Source of the DNA: Prochlorococcus marinus subsp. pastoris str. CCMP1986
GTDB lineage: Bacteria; Cyanobacteriota; Cyanobacteriia; PCC-6307; Cyanobiaceae
DNA: 32,000 bases
Direction of reading: 5' to 3'
NCBI RefSeq assembly: GCF_000011465.1
Contig: NC_005072.1
Coordinates: 1,050,001 to 1,082,000, forward strand
The notes under the pieces are model-generated. The model saw only the letters and a program-made list of their open reading frames with translations. It did no database searches and was not told where the DNA came from. The translations under genes were made by a program, and so were the position numbers. Shown piece after piece: positions 1 through 10,083 of the stretch (position 1 is the stretch's first letter; every line of letters starts with the position of its first letter).

Positions 1-2308
1 TTGATTTCCAGATTGGACCTTTGGTTTTATTTGATTTATTGGAAATAGTAGATAAGTAGGGACATAAAACTATTTCATATTCAAGTCCCTTACTATTATG
101 AATTGTCGAAAGATTAATTCCATTTTGAAGATTATAATCTTTCGTAAAATAATCCTCTCCAGTACAACTCCTTAAAGAATTATCTAATTGGTTTAGATAC
201 CACTTAAATACTTTATTTAGATTAAAGTCATTATTCATTAATTCTATTTCAATTATTTCTGACAATTGAAATAAATTCGAGTATAAATCTGCATCAAATA
301 TAATTGAGGATGACTTGTAATTAATAATGAGTTCATTAACAAGGGTTAAAAATCCTTTCTCTTTTAATTCCAAAGACCATGAAATACATTGATTAGTTAA
401 AATTTCAATTTTTTTACTAATTTGATGATCAATTAATTCTGCCATATCCATTTCTATAAATTTAGAAGTAGCCAACAAACTTATATTCCTATAACGCCTT
501 GGATATAATATAGATTCAATAAATAAGACTAATAGAGTACTGGCTTCAGTATCAAAGATATTTTTTTTATTTTTAATCTGGCACGGTATATTTAACTTTA
601 TTAATTTATTTTTTAATTCTAAACATTGGGAATTATACAAGGTAAGAATTGAAATTTTATTAATATCAATTTCATTATTATTTAAAAGAAAACTAACTAT
701 ATATTTAGTGACAAGATCTTCAATATCAACTTCTTTGCTTGAAAATTCTACAATTTCAAATACATTCTTAAAATCAAATTTATGATTAAAACTTTTATTA
801 AGTTTAGAGTTTAAATTATTATATTCAAGTTTTGACTCTCTAAGACCATTTTTATATAGATTATTAATAACATCAAGTAATTTATTTGAAGATCTAAAGT
901 TATTTGTAAGACTAAAAACTTCAATCGCATCAGATTTAGCCTCTAAATAAGTTTCAATATCTCCACCTCTAAATTTATAAATAGCCTGCTTTGGATCTCC
1001 AACGCAAAGTAAAAAGTGATTATTTGTATAAAAGAATTTTTTTATTATGCTCCACTGAATATTATCTGTATCTTGAAACTCATCCACTAGAACACATTTA
1101 AATCTATTTTGAATTTCTGAAAGACTTTTATCATTGGTAAGATCTGATCCTAGATATTTTTTCTCAACAGTCTTTATAAGATCATTAAAATTAAAAATAG
1201 ATAAACTTCTTTTTAAGGTAATTAGTTTTATATTAGCTAATTGAATAAATATTCTTACAAATTCAGTATAAAAACCTTCTTTAATTTTATAAATTTTATC
1301 TTGAAGTAATTTAAAACTACTAAAATCTAGACTAAGATCAAATTTATTAATTTCTTTATTGATATTTTTATTATAAAAATATTTAAATAAAAGATCTTCA
1401 TTTAAAATCTCATATAAAAGTTGACTTATATCTTCTGAATTAAGTCTTTTATTAATATCTTCTATCCATTCAGTTATTTGATTAAACTTATTGTTTCTTG
1501 GCTTGGACGAATATACCTGACTTTTGCATCCAATTTCCTTTATTAATTTCCCTAATGAAATAAGTTTAAGGTATAATTCCTCCCCATTATTATTCCATTC
1601 AACACAAAACGCTTTCCAATTTATATGTAAAAATTCTTTTAAATAAATTGATATATCAATATTCTTATATTTATTTATTATCTCAAATTTGCAAATATTT
1701 TCTTGATCAATATTTTTTAAAATTTCAACAAAAAATGATTTATTAATTTTACTTCCATATATAGAACTTATTTTTTTTTGATTAACTGCAGAAATTATTT
1801 CTGGATCAAGATTTTGAAATTGCTCAATCCATAAATCATCGATTATATCTTGGTATAAATTATCTATATTATTTTCAATAAATGGATCTTGTGCTGAGCC
1901 TATATCTATACTAAATTCCTCTAAAATATTATTGCAAAAAGCATGGAACGTAGTTACTTTTAGTTTATAAATAGTATTAATAAAATTATCAATATCGAAT
2001 ATTATTTTTTTCGGATTCGTTTCCTCCTTTTGAAAGTTTTTATACCATTCTAAAAGAGTATTATCTAATTCAGTTTCTTCGGGATTCTGTAAAAATAATT
2101 TGAGTTTACAAAATCTTGAAAGTATTTTGTCTCTTAATTCTGTACATGTATTTTTTGTGAAACTTAATAAAAGTATTTCCTCTGATTTGATCTTTTTCTC
2201 CAATACATTTCTTAAAACTAAGTGAGCCAAAGTAAAGCTTTTTCCAGTTCCTGCACTTGCTTCTATTAATTTAAAATTATTATCTAATTTAATTTTGTTA
2301 ATATCCAT
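1..2308 (-). CDS. recB: RecB-like exodeoxyribonuclease V beta subunit / UvrD-type helicase, partial (runs off left edge)
   Basis: Minus-strand reading frame from ATG at 2308: MDINKIKLDNNFKLIEASAGTGKSFTLAHLVLRNVLEKKDQI..., containing a Walker A motif (EASAGTGKSFTLA) typical of RecB; recC-like gene immediately upstream. Confidence 0.88.
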   Translation of the reverse strand, partial: MDINKIKLDNNFKLIEASAGTGKSFTLAHLVLRNVLEKKIKSEEILLLSFTKNTCTELRDKILSRFCKLKLFLQNPEETELDNTLLEWYKNFQKEETNPKKIIFDIDNFINTIYKLKVTTFHAFCNNILEEFSIDIGSAQDPFIENNIDNLYQDIIDDLWIEQFQNLDPEIISAVNQKKISSIYGSKINKSFFVEILKNIDQENICKFEIINKYKNIDISIYLKEFLHINWKAFCVEWNNNGEELYLKLISLGKLIKEIGCKSQVYSSKPRNNKFNQITEWIEDINKRLNSEDISQLLYEILNEDLLFKYFYNKNINKEINKFDLSLDFSSFKLLQDKIYKIKEGFYTEFVRIFIQLANIKLITLKRSLSIFNFNDLIKTVEKKYLGSDLTNDKSLSEIQNRFKCVLVDEFQDTDNIQWSIIKKFFYTNNHFLLCVGDPKQAIYKFRGGDIETYLEAKSDAIEVFSLTNNFRSSNKLLDVINNLYKNGLRESKLEYNNLNSKLNKSFNHKFDFKNVFEIVEFSSKEVDIEDLVTKYIVSFLLNNNEIDINKISILTLYNSQCLELKNKLIKLNIPCQIKNKKNIFDTEASTLLVLFIESILYPRRYRNISLLATSKFIEMDMAELIDHQISKKIEILTNQCISWSLELKEKGFLTLVNELIINYKSSSIIFDADLYSNLFQLSEIIEIELMNNDFNLNKVFKWYLNQLDNSLRSCTGEDYFTKDYNLQNGINLSTIHNSKGLEYEIVLCPYLSTISNKSNKTKGPIWKS

Positions 2309-2320
2309 ATCTTATTTAAG

Positions 2321-2794
2321 TTAATATTTAACCTTATCTGTATAAATAAAATAATTTTTAAATTTTTTATTTAAATATTTCTCTTCTAAAATTATCTTTA
2401 ATTTAATTATTAAAGCAAGACTTATTGTTAAAAATAAATGATAAAAAGATAATTTAGTAATAAAAAAACCAAAAGATATCAGTATTAAAGAATAATACAT
2501 AGGATGTCTAATGAAACTATAAATGCCTGAAGTAGTTAGATTGCCATTGACTGTAGGTCTTGGGAAAGGAGATAAATTTCTACCTAAGTCTTTAATTGAA
2601 ATCAACATGACAATTGTTGAGATTATGATGAGTAAGAAACCCACAAAACTAAAGAAAAAATTAACTTGCATTATTTCTTTCTTAGGAATAAATTCCAAAT
2701 GAATAAAATGAAGAATAATGATGAAGAACTGAAAAAGAACTAGGGAAAATTCATAAGATTTTTTAAGAAATCTTTTCAAATGTAATTTAGACAT
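2321..2794 (-). CDS. Isoprenylcysteine carboxyl methyltransferase (ICMT)-like integral membrane methyltransferase
   Basis: 157 aa, multiple hydrophobic segments; motif GIYSFIRHPMYYSLILISFG and C-terminal EEKYLNKKFKNYF typical of ICMT/PEMT-like family. Confidence 0.75.
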   Translation of the reverse strand: MSKLHLKRFLKKSYEFSLVLFQFFIIILHFIHLEFIPKKEIMQVNFFFSFVGFLLIIISTIVMLISIKDLGRNLSPFPRPTVNGNLTTSGIYSFIRHPMYYSLILISFGFFITKLSFYHLFLTISLALIIKLKIILEEKYLNKKFKNYFIYTDKVKY

Positions 2795-2804
2795 TATTTA
2801 TTTT

Positions 2805-5800
2805 TTAATGCCTCAAATAAGGGGCCATATAATCTGAAAGATAAATCATCAAATTTATCATTTCCAAAAAAGAAGTCTCCTTCTTTTTTATTTCCAAAAC
2901 ACATTTAATTACACTATTATCTCTTTCTCCTTTGGTAAATGTTTTATTCCCTATCCATTTATCAGAAAAAGCTTTTTTCTCATTTTTAAATAGCTTTTTT
3001 GCTTCTACATATTTATATGTACTTTCTGGAGGGAGGGGTAAACATTTATCAGAGTAATTCTTAAAAATATTTATATATTCTTCTAATATTTTCTTTGATT
3101 GGAGTTGGCCTGGTGTTTGAAGAATTTCTGATTTATATTGATTTTCTTTTCTAAAAATTACTTTTGTCTTTGTTATCCTCTTTTCTAAAGAAGAAATAAA
3201 GAGTAACTTAATCCAAGCTTCTGACAAACTTTTCAAACTAAGTTTGGAATGAATCAATTCAATCACAACATTATCAGAAATTAAATATTCTTCTTTATTT
3301 GAATTTGATTTAACGTAAACTCTTTTTATATTTTTATCATTACTCAAATTTTCAACTAAACTTCCTAACAGGTTTTGTATCTCTTTTCCTTTTGTAAAAA
3401 TACTATTTCTTGGCGCAATAATTCCATTTTCAAGAAATTGTTCGTTTATATTTAAATTTTTTAATTCATCAATAATGTCATAATTATCAATGTCTAGTTT
3501 CTGAATAACTTTAGTAACTAGTTTAAATTTCTGCAAATTACTTACATACTCTTCATCTGGATGATGATTAAATATTACTTTAGGAGAAATATTCTTTTTA
3601 TTGAGCCAATAAAGCTGAGGAGCTTTAAACCAATAAATCAATTCAGATAATTTAAAGTCTTTACATTTATAAATTTTTTCTTCCCAATCTATTTTATTTA
3701 ATAAAGAATATTGACTTTTTAAAAAATTACTATTATTAGGATTATCAACTTCTTCTTTCTCATAATCAAAGTATTTGATTATGGACTTTCTTTGTTTTAC
3801 AGATAAAAAGCTCTCTAAATAGTTTATTAGTTCCTTAATAGGGAAGGAAATATCTAATATTTTATTATCTTTATCATTATTAACCCAAGAAACTATAAGT
3901 TGCTTTCTACAGGAAATTAATAACTCTAGGAAAAAGTATTTTTCTCTATCAAAAGAAGATGGATCCCCAAGAAGGTATTTTTTAGTTAGCAAATTTATAT
4001 TTTCATTACTCGATAATCTTGGATAATAAATACTATTCATATTTATCAAGAAGATAATCTTACGAGGAATTAGCCTAACCTTCTCAATATCACTTACTAA
4101 TATCTTATTTATATAAGATTGATTTCTATAGTTAAGTTTATTTATACATGTAATTAATATTTCTCTAAAAACATTCAACACAATTACTTTATCAGATGTT
4201 GAAGATATTAAATAATTATCAAGAATTCTATTTATTTCATATATATCTAAATTAAAATTATCATTAAAATTTCTAATTTTTTTAAGTATAAATTTAATCT
4301 TTTTAACCCAATCTGAATAATTAAAAGATCCTCTTAGTAAATTAATATATTGTTTTAATTGAACTAAAATTTTAACCCATTTATTCAAGTCCAAGCTTGA
4401 ATTCTTAGGGGTAAATGATTTAAGGTTAGAATTATTTAAACTAAATTGTTCATCATAAACTAGACCTAAAGTAATTCTATTTATACACCACTCTAAAGTA
4501 TTTTTTTCTTCACCCAACCTTTCGTTAGTATCTAATCCCCAATGAAAACCAACTTCATTTAGTATTAAAATAATCTCATTTTTCTCATCAATATCAAAAT
4601 CAAAAATATTCTGATTAACTTTTTTAGAAAGAAAATATTCTATTTTTTCAAGCGTAATTTTCTCATTTGCTAATTCAATAATATCAAGTAAGAAATTATA
4701 TACATTTGAAGAATCCTCAAAATTATCTTCAAGAAATAAATGAGGTAGCTTTTGTCCGTTTATTAATTCATTATTAAAAATATACTTAAGATAAGGTTTT
4801 ATTAAACTAGTTTGAGGAGATACTATAGCGATATCACTGTATTTAACATTATCGCAAGCTTCTAATATTTCTATGACTTTATTTCTTACATACTCTAATT
4901 GACTTAATTGATTAAAATGCTCCCTAAAAATAATTGACTCATCCTTTTCATTTATCATAAAATCATCTTGACTATTATCAATTAATCTTTTCTGAATTTG
5001 ATTAATCAAAGGTATATCCTTCTCACTTGTAAAACTAAACGTTGGATCAATATATATTGAATTATTGTTTATTTTTATATTTTCAATATTAGAAGTTTCC
5101 TCAATTAATTTCTGATAATTAGCTCCAAATTTGCCAAATATTTTTTCGATATTTGAACTATTTAAATTAAATTTGCTCTCAATAGAACTAAAATCAACCT
5201 CTCCCTCAAGAGAATTTATTCTATTCCACAAATTATCTCCAGCAGAGAGTAAGTATAAATTAACCTTAGTAAATTCTGCTAATTTAGAATAAAAGCTAAC
5301 ATGTAATCTTGATAAATTGTTATCAGAAATAATATATATTTGTCTAGGTAATAGATTTTCTTCATTATGTATTTTTTTAATATTATTTATTATGTCAATC
5401 ATGAATAAACATGAAGGTTTCTCGGTCATTTTTTTCTCAAGTAATTTATATAAAATTGGTTGCCAATATTCATTTGAATTTAAATTATTAAAAAGATTTC
5501 GTGAACTCAACTCATATCTATGCCAATTAGCTATCATCTCAGGCCTGAAAATTAAATACTCAATAAAATTATTTGCAATCTTTTTGATTAAGTTGTGAAT
5601 ATCCCCATCAATTATCTTTTTATTGTTTAAATATTTATTAATCCAATTACTTAGCGGTAATGATTCTTCATAGCTGTTTAATTCTTCAAATGAATCTATA
5701 ATTCCCCATTTTATTGAATCAAAATTCCATACTCCCATATCAATTGCCGGGAAAATTTTTGTCAATATTGCTTCGGTATAACTTGATATAGTCTTAAATT

Positions 5801-5978
5801 CATAAAGAGCACTTATTTGATTACTTATTGTTATTTGGTCCCATAACCACTTCCCTAAAAAATAATTAGGAACTGCTACATCTAGTTTTTCTGTTATAAA
5901 AGGGGGGCTAATTATTAATTCTTTTGCTAATAGCTCAGTAATAACTTCAATTTTGTTTGATTTATAAATATTAAGCAA
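2805..5978 (-). CDS. recC: RecC-like exodeoxyribonuclease V gamma subunit
   Basis: 1057 aa ORF beginning MLNIYKSNKIEVITELLAKELI...PNYFLGKWLWDQI, motif NSIYYPRLS and general RecC-like layout; adjacent to recB. Confidence 0.87.
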   Translation of the reverse strand: MLNIYKSNKIEVITELLAKELIISPPFITEKLDVAVPNYFLGKWLWDQITISNQISALYEFKTISSYTEAILTKIFPAIDMGVWNFDSIKWGIIDSFEELNSYEESLPLSNWINKYLNNKKIIDGDIHNLIKKIANNFIEYLIFRPEMIANWHRYELSSRNLFNNLNSNEYWQPILYKLLEKKMTEKPSCLFMIDIINNIKKIHNEENLLPRQIYIISDNNLSRLHVSFYSKLAEFTKVNLYLLSAGDNLWNRINSLEGEVDFSSIESKFNLNSSNIEKIFGKFGANYQKLIEETSNIENIKINNNSIYIDPTFSFTSEKDIPLINQIQKRLIDNSQDDFMINEKDESIIFREHFNQLSQLEYVRNKVIEILEACDNVKYSDIAIVSPQTSLIKPYLKYIFNNELINGQKLPHLFLEDNFEDSSNVYNFLLDIIELANEKITLEKIEYFLSKKVNQNIFDFDIDEKNEIILILNEVGFHWGLDTNERLGEEKNTLEWCINRITLGLVYDEQFSLNNSNLKSFTPKNSSLDLNKWVKILVQLKQYINLLRGSFNYSDWVKKIKFILKKIRNFNDNFNLDIYEINRILDNYLISSTSDKVIVLNVFREILITCINKLNYRNQSYINKILVSDIEKVRLIPRKIIFLINMNSIYYPRLSSNENINLLTKKYLLGDPSSFDREKYFFLELLISCRKQLIVSWVNNDKDNKILDISFPIKELINYLESFLSVKQRKSIIKYFDYEKEEVDNPNNSNFLKSQYSLLNKIDWEEKIYKCKDFKLSELIYWFKAPQLYWLNKKNISPKVIFNHHPDEEYVSNLQKFKLVTKVIQKLDIDNYDIIDELKNLNINEQFLENGIIAPRNSIFTKGKEIQNLLGSLVENLSNDKNIKRVYVKSNSNKEEYLISDNVVIELIHSKLSLKSLSEAWIKLLFISSLEKRITKTKVIFRKENQYKSEILQTPGQLQSKKILEEYINIFKNYSDKCLPLPPESTYKYVEAKKLFKNEKKAFSDKWIGNKTFTKGERDNSVIKCVLEIKKKETSFLEMINLMIYLSDYMAPYLRH

Positions 5979-5995
5979 TTTTCTTTTATTATTTT

Positions 5996-6313
5996 TTACT
6001 CAACTTTAAAAGGGTCATTAATTTCACTATTAGGGCATTCAAATTCTCCTACCGCAACAAATTCTAAGCGAAGCTTTAAGAAGGTAATAAATTTTTTATC
6101 TGTAGAGATAACGGCTGCAGGAGTATTAGGGATTTTTTTAGATAAATCTAAAAATGCCGACGATTTCAAAAAAGATGGATTCTTTAAAAGCCAAAAATCT
6201 ATTTCCTTTTTGTTTTCTTTATAGTTTCGAATCCTTTCTTTTAAAATCTCTTCAAGAGGTTCTTCAACTGTTAAAAATTTCTCACTTGCTGCAACGAAAA
6301 AATAAGTTGTCAT
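5996..6313 (-). CDS. ycf54: Ycf54-like protein (Mg-protoporphyrin IX monomethyl ester cyclase associated)
   Basis: 105 aa: MTTYFFVAASEKFLTVEEPLEEILKERIRNYKENKKEIDFWLLKNPSFL... FLKLRLEFVAVGEFECP, matches recalled Ycf54 family pattern. Confidence 0.85.
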   Translation of the reverse strand: MTTYFFVAASEKFLTVEEPLEEILKERIRNYKENKKEIDFWLLKNPSFLKSSAFLDLSKKIPNTPAAVISTDKKFITFLKLRLEFVAVGEFECPNSEINDPFKVE

Positions 6314-6322
6314 TTTAAATAA

Positions 6323-7066
6323 TTAATTTATTGAAATTAAAGTCTTCATTTCGCGTACAGCTCTTTCTAGACCTACCGCTAAAGCCCTTGAAACAATACT
6401 ATGTCCAATGTTTAACTCATTCATATTGTTAATTGATGCAATCTTTTTTACATTCTGATAATTCAGTCCATGCCCTGCATTAACGATTAATCCAATATCT
6501 ACAGCATAATACGAAGATTCAATAATTTTTTGAAGCTCTACATATTGATCTTGTCCTTTTAAACCAGCATATTTGCCAGTATGTAATTCTATAAAATCAA
6601 ATCCTATTTCTCCTGAAGAATTAATCTGATCATTTGCAGGATCTATAAATGCGCTTACTTCAATATTGGAACTTTTTAAACTATTAACGTAGTTTTTAAG
6701 GTATTTCTCATTATTTTTGACATCTAACCCCCCCTCTGTGGTAATTTCCTTTCTTTTCTCTGGTACAAGTGTTACGTAATCTGGAAGTAACTTTTTTGAA
6801 ATTCTCAACATTTCTTCAGTCGCCGCCATCTCTAGATTGAGTTTCGTTTTAATAGTATCTTTCAAAAGATATATATCTCGATCTTGTATGTGCCTTCTAT
6901 CTTCTCTTAAGTGAATTGTTATAGAATCAGCTCCGCCTAATTCTGCTAAAAAAGCAAATTGAACAGGATCTGGTTCTACAGTCTGCCTAGCCTGCCTGAC
7001 ATTTGCAATATGATCTATATTTACTCCTAATTTTGCCATAAATTGATAACTCTTTGATTTAGACAA
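6323..7066 (-). CDS. pdxJ: Pyridoxine 5'-phosphate synthase PdxJ
   Basis: LGVNIDHIANVRQARQTVEPDPVQFAFLAELGGADSITIHLREDRRHIQDRD, hallmark PdxJ motif. Confidence 0.97.
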   Translation of the reverse strand: MSKSKSYQFMAKLGVNIDHIANVRQARQTVEPDPVQFAFLAELGGADSITIHLREDRRHIQDRDIYLLKDTIKTKLNLEMAATEEMLRISKKLLPDYVTLVPEKRKEITTEGGLDVKNNEKYLKNYVNSLKSSNIEVSAFIDPANDQINSSGEIGFDFIELHTGKYAGLKGQDQYVELQKIIESSYYAVDIGLIVNAGHGLNYQNVKKIASINNMNELNIGHSIVSRALAVGLERAVREMKTLISIN

Positions 7067-7132
7067 TTTACTAACCGACTAATTCTAGCTAATAAAAAAT
7101 TACAATCCTATAATTTAATAATATAAAATAAA

Positions 7133-7810
7133 TTGAATTTGAAAAATAAGAATATTAATATTTGCCATGAAATTAACCCTTTTTTGGGACTTATCGCAAT
7201 GTTTATAACCCAAGATATCGTTATGAAAATATTTTTTAAAAAAAAGAAAATAATTAATAATAAGTTTCTAATCCCCAATAACAGTTCCGTTATTTTAGCC
7301 CCAACCCATAGATCGAGGTGGGATGGATTAATTCTTACTATGGCGATGGGTAGGAGAGTCACCAAAAAGGATTGTAGATTTATGGTCACAAAATCTGAGA
7401 TGATTGGTATTCAGGGTTGGTTTTTAAAAAGACTTGGTTGTTTTTCAATAAATCAATTATCTCCTTCTCTTGCTGTCTTGCGATATGCTGTTGATCTGAT
7501 CGTCAAAAAAAAGCAGTTAGTTGTTTTTCCAGAAGGAAAAATTAATAAACATGGAAAAAAAATTGTCCTAAAAGAAGGAGTATTTAGATTAGCCCAATTA
7601 GCTAAAAAAAAAGCAGCCTTTATAACTATAATTCCTATCGGTATAGCCTACAGTGAGGTAAATCCAAAATTTAGAGGCAATGTTTCTCTATGTGTTGGAG
7701 AACCTTTAATCATTAGTGACAAAATAAACTTTTCTATAAATGAATTTAATGAAATATTGCACGAAAAAATGACATCCGCCGAAAACGAAGCTCTAAAAAT
7801 AGTCGGTTGA
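7133..7810 (+). CDS. 1-acyl-sn-glycerol-3-phosphate acyltransferase-like (PlsC family); true start may be ~7199
   Basis: Acyltransferase motifs SVILAPTHRSRWDGLILTMAMGR and LVVFPEGKINKHG. Confidence 0.82.
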   Translation: MNLKNKNINICHEINPFLGLIAMFITQDIVMKIFFKKKKIINNKFLIPNNSSVILAPTHRSRWDGLILTMAMGRRVTKKDCRFMVTKSEMIGIQGWFLKRLGCFSINQLSPSLAVLRYAVDLIVKKKQLVVFPEGKINKHGKKIVLKEGVFRLAQLAKKKAAFITIIPIGIAYSEVNPKFRGNVSLCVGEPLIISDKINFSINEFNEILHEKMTSAENEALKIVG

Positions 7811-7854
7811 TGAATCCATTATCAGTTAGTATTGAAACTAATAAATACGACAAC

Positions 7855-8373
7855 ATGAAAGTCTTAAAGTTAATTCCGATTATTTTTATATCTTTAGGAA
7901 TATTTTCCCCTACTAATACTGTTTATGCAGATAGTGATGATCCAAACAATTATAAAGTCCTTAAAAGCACCAATAAAAGGCTTTCAATTACAAACGTAGA
8001 AGCCCTCTTAAGAGAAGGTGATAATCTAATAAAATCTGGTGAGATTGAAAAAGCAAAAGATTCTTTTGATAAGGCAAGAAATTTAGCAAAAAAACTAGCA
8101 GGATTTTACGGGGATTTAAATGGCTCGTTTAAAGGGTTAGATGCCAGGATCCCAAGGGAGATGACAGAAAAAGGTAAGAATTCATTAAAAATTTGGGCAG
8201 AATCAAATGAAAGATTAGCTGCAGTATATAAAAGTAAAAATCAACCCGAAGTCGCTGTACCTTTACTTGTAGAAATAATCAGATTAATGTCGCCTGCCAG
8301 CTCAGAAGGTAAAGAAGCTTATAAAGAATTGGTTCAACTTGGTTTTGTTGAAACACCCTACAAAGGATTATAG
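7855..8373 (+). CDS. Conserved hypothetical exported protein (TPR-like)
   Basis: ORF track 7807..8373; ATG at 7855 (MKVLKLIPIIFISLGIFSPTNTVYADS) gives a signal-peptide-like start. Helical repeat-like body. Confidence 0.7.
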   Translation: MKVLKLIPIIFISLGIFSPTNTVYADSDDPNNYKVLKSTNKRLSITNVEALLREGDNLIKSGEIEKAKDSFDKARNLAKKLAGFYGDLNGSFKGLDARIPREMTEKGKNSLKIWAESNERLAAVYKSKNQPEVAVPLLVEIIRLMSPASSEGKEAYKELVQLGFVETPYKGL

Positions 8374-8382
8374 GAATCAATA

Positions 8383-8613
8383 ATGGCTACTAAAAGTGAG
8401 GTAATTAACTTAATAAAGCAAAAAATAGTTGATTCTGAAGTTTATGTTGAGAATCTAAAAGGAGATGATCATTTGCAAGTAACTGTAATTTCATCTGAAT
8501 TCAATGGATTATCATTAGTTAAACAACATCAGCTAGTCTATTCTGCACTTAAAGAAGAATTAGCTTCAGAGGCTATCCATGCGTTAGCTCTAAAAACAGA
8601 AACTCCTAATTAA
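8383..8613 (+). CDS. BolA family protein
   Basis: 76 aa: VYVENLKGDDHLQVTVISSEFNGLSLVKQHQLVYSALKEEL... BolA signature. Confidence 0.9.
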   Translation: MATKSEVINLIKQKIVDSEVYVENLKGDDHLQVTVISSEFNGLSLVKQHQLVYSALKEELASEAIHALALKTETPN

Positions 8614-8616
8614 ATT

Positions 8617-8940
8617 ATGGAAAACCCTACCAAAAATAAAATTCAAAACCTAATTGACCTTAATCCAGTTATGGTTTTTATGAAAGGAACTAAATTAATG
8701 CCTCAATGTGGGTTTTCTAATAATGTAGTTCAAATTCTTAATTCACTTGGAGTGACATTTAATACATTTGATGTCTTAAGTGATTTTGAAATAAGAGAAG
8801 GTATTAAAGAGTATTCGGAATGGCCAACAATACCTCAAGTTTATTTAAAAGGAGAATTCTTAGGTGGTTCAGATATTCTTATCGAGATGTACAACGCAGG
8901 TACATTGAAAGAAAAGATCGAGATTGCATTAGCTTCTTAA
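8617..8940 (+). CDS. Monothiol glutaredoxin (Grx4/GrxD family)
   Basis: PVMVFMKGTKLMPQCGFSNNVVQIL... EWPTIPQVYLKGEFLGGSDILIEM. Confidence 0.95.
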   Translation: MENPTKNKIQNLIDLNPVMVFMKGTKLMPQCGFSNNVVQILNSLGVTFNTFDVLSDFEIREGIKEYSEWPTIPQVYLKGEFLGGSDILIEMYNAGTLKEKIEIALAS

Positions 8941-8989
8941 AATATTTACTAAGTATAAATACTAAATTTAGTTAATAAAAATTAATATT

Positions 8990-9259
8990 TTAAATCTTTT
9001 TTTTATCAAAAAAACCTTTATTTTCATCTCCATCTGGATTTATAAAACTGGATGGATCTAATATCCATCTTTCAATTAATCTTTCTAATTTCTCTTGATC
9101 TTTTAGCTCTAAACTATTGCAATTCCTCAAAGCTTGGAGATAACCATCACTGTATAATTTCAAGTCTGAGGGAGTATGAAATCTAGTTACTAAGTCTTGG
9201 CAACTATCGCAGATTGATTGAAAATGGCGAATTGCTACTGGATTTTCAAATGATGTCAT
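8990..9259 (-). CDS. Conserved cyanobacterial hypothetical protein
   Basis: 89 aa uninterrupted ORF in backbone position; MTSFENPVAIRHFQSICDSCQDLVTRFH... Confidence 0.7.
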   Translation of the reverse strand: MTSFENPVAIRHFQSICDSCQDLVTRFHTPSDLKLYSDGYLQALRNCNSLELKDQEKLERLIERWILDPSSFINPDGDENKGFFDKKKI

Positions 9260-9345
9260 AATTCGATAGATTCTGATTTTTATTTAGCATTTGTTATACC
9301 TTATTAAGGATGATTAAAAATTGCCTGGCCAAACAGTAATTAAGA

Positions 9346-10083
9346 ATGCAATCAACTGAGCAAATCTCAGCTTCAGCTCCTGGCAGCTCCCAATTGCCCT
9401 CGACCTCTCAAACACCTTCGAGAGTTCTTGTTGTTGAACCTCACCCCACACTAAGAACAGTCTTAGTACAAAGACTTCGTCAAGACGGTCATTTAGCAGC
9501 CGCCGTAGGATCAGCTATTGAAGCTGTTGACTTATGCAGAGAGCAATCTCCTGACCTGCTTGTAAGTGCTGAGATATTAGAACAAAATACTGCAATGAGG
9601 TTAGCTCAACAACTAGGTTGCTCAGTTATAGTTCTAACAGCAAGATCTGGGGTAGAACCATTAGTCAGCCTATTAGATGAGGGGGCTGATGATGTTCTAA
9701 GAAAACCTTTTGGATTAGAGGAGTTAGCCGCAAGATGCAGAACTCTTCTAAAGAGGGGTCGTATAGGTTTACAAGAGAAAGTTGCAGTAGGTCCTTTAGA
9801 AGTTCATTTACTTTTAAGACAAGTAACTCTAAGCGAGAAGCCTGTAGAATTAAGCCCTAGAGAGTTTGCATTGCTTTGTGCTTTACTTATGCCCCCTGGC
9901 ATGGTTCGAAGTCGCCAAGAGCTTCTAAGATTGGCATGGCCGCCATTTAGTGGAGGACCAAGATCTGTAGATACTCAAGTTCTGACATTGCGTAGAAAAT
10001 TAGAGCAAGCAGGATTAGGAGAAGGAGGAGGTATAACCACAGTTCGACAGCAAGGATATAGATTTAGTATTGATAGTATTTAA
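9346..10083 (+). CDS. OmpR-type response regulator with atypical receiver domain
   Basis: Receiver-like N-terminus (RVLVVEPHPTLRTVL...LTAR...GADDVLRKPF) plus winged-helix C-terminus (ELSPREFALLCALL...VDTQVLTLRRKLEQ...TTVRQQGYRF). Confidence 0.9.
   Translation: MQSTEQISASAPGSSQLPSTSQTPSRVLVVEPHPTLRTVLVQRLRQDGHLAAAVGSAIEAVDLCREQSPDLLVSAEILEQNTAMRLAQQLGCSVIVLTARSGVEPLVSLLDEGADDVLRKPFGLEELAARCRTLLKRGRIGLQEKVAVGPLEVHLLLRQVTLSEKPVELSPREFALLCALLMPPGMVRSRQELLRLAWPPFSGGPRSVDTQVLTLRRKLEQAGLGEGGGITTVRQQGYRFSIDSI

Noticed and set aside
5317-5598. Plus-strand ORF inside recC
   Set aside because: Antisense to a strong 1057-aa ORF; hydrophobic composition typical of reverse-complement AT-rich coding.
7108-7389. 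Minus-strand ORF overlapping plsC-like gene
   Set aside because: Antisense artefact; plus-strand gene has clear family motifs.
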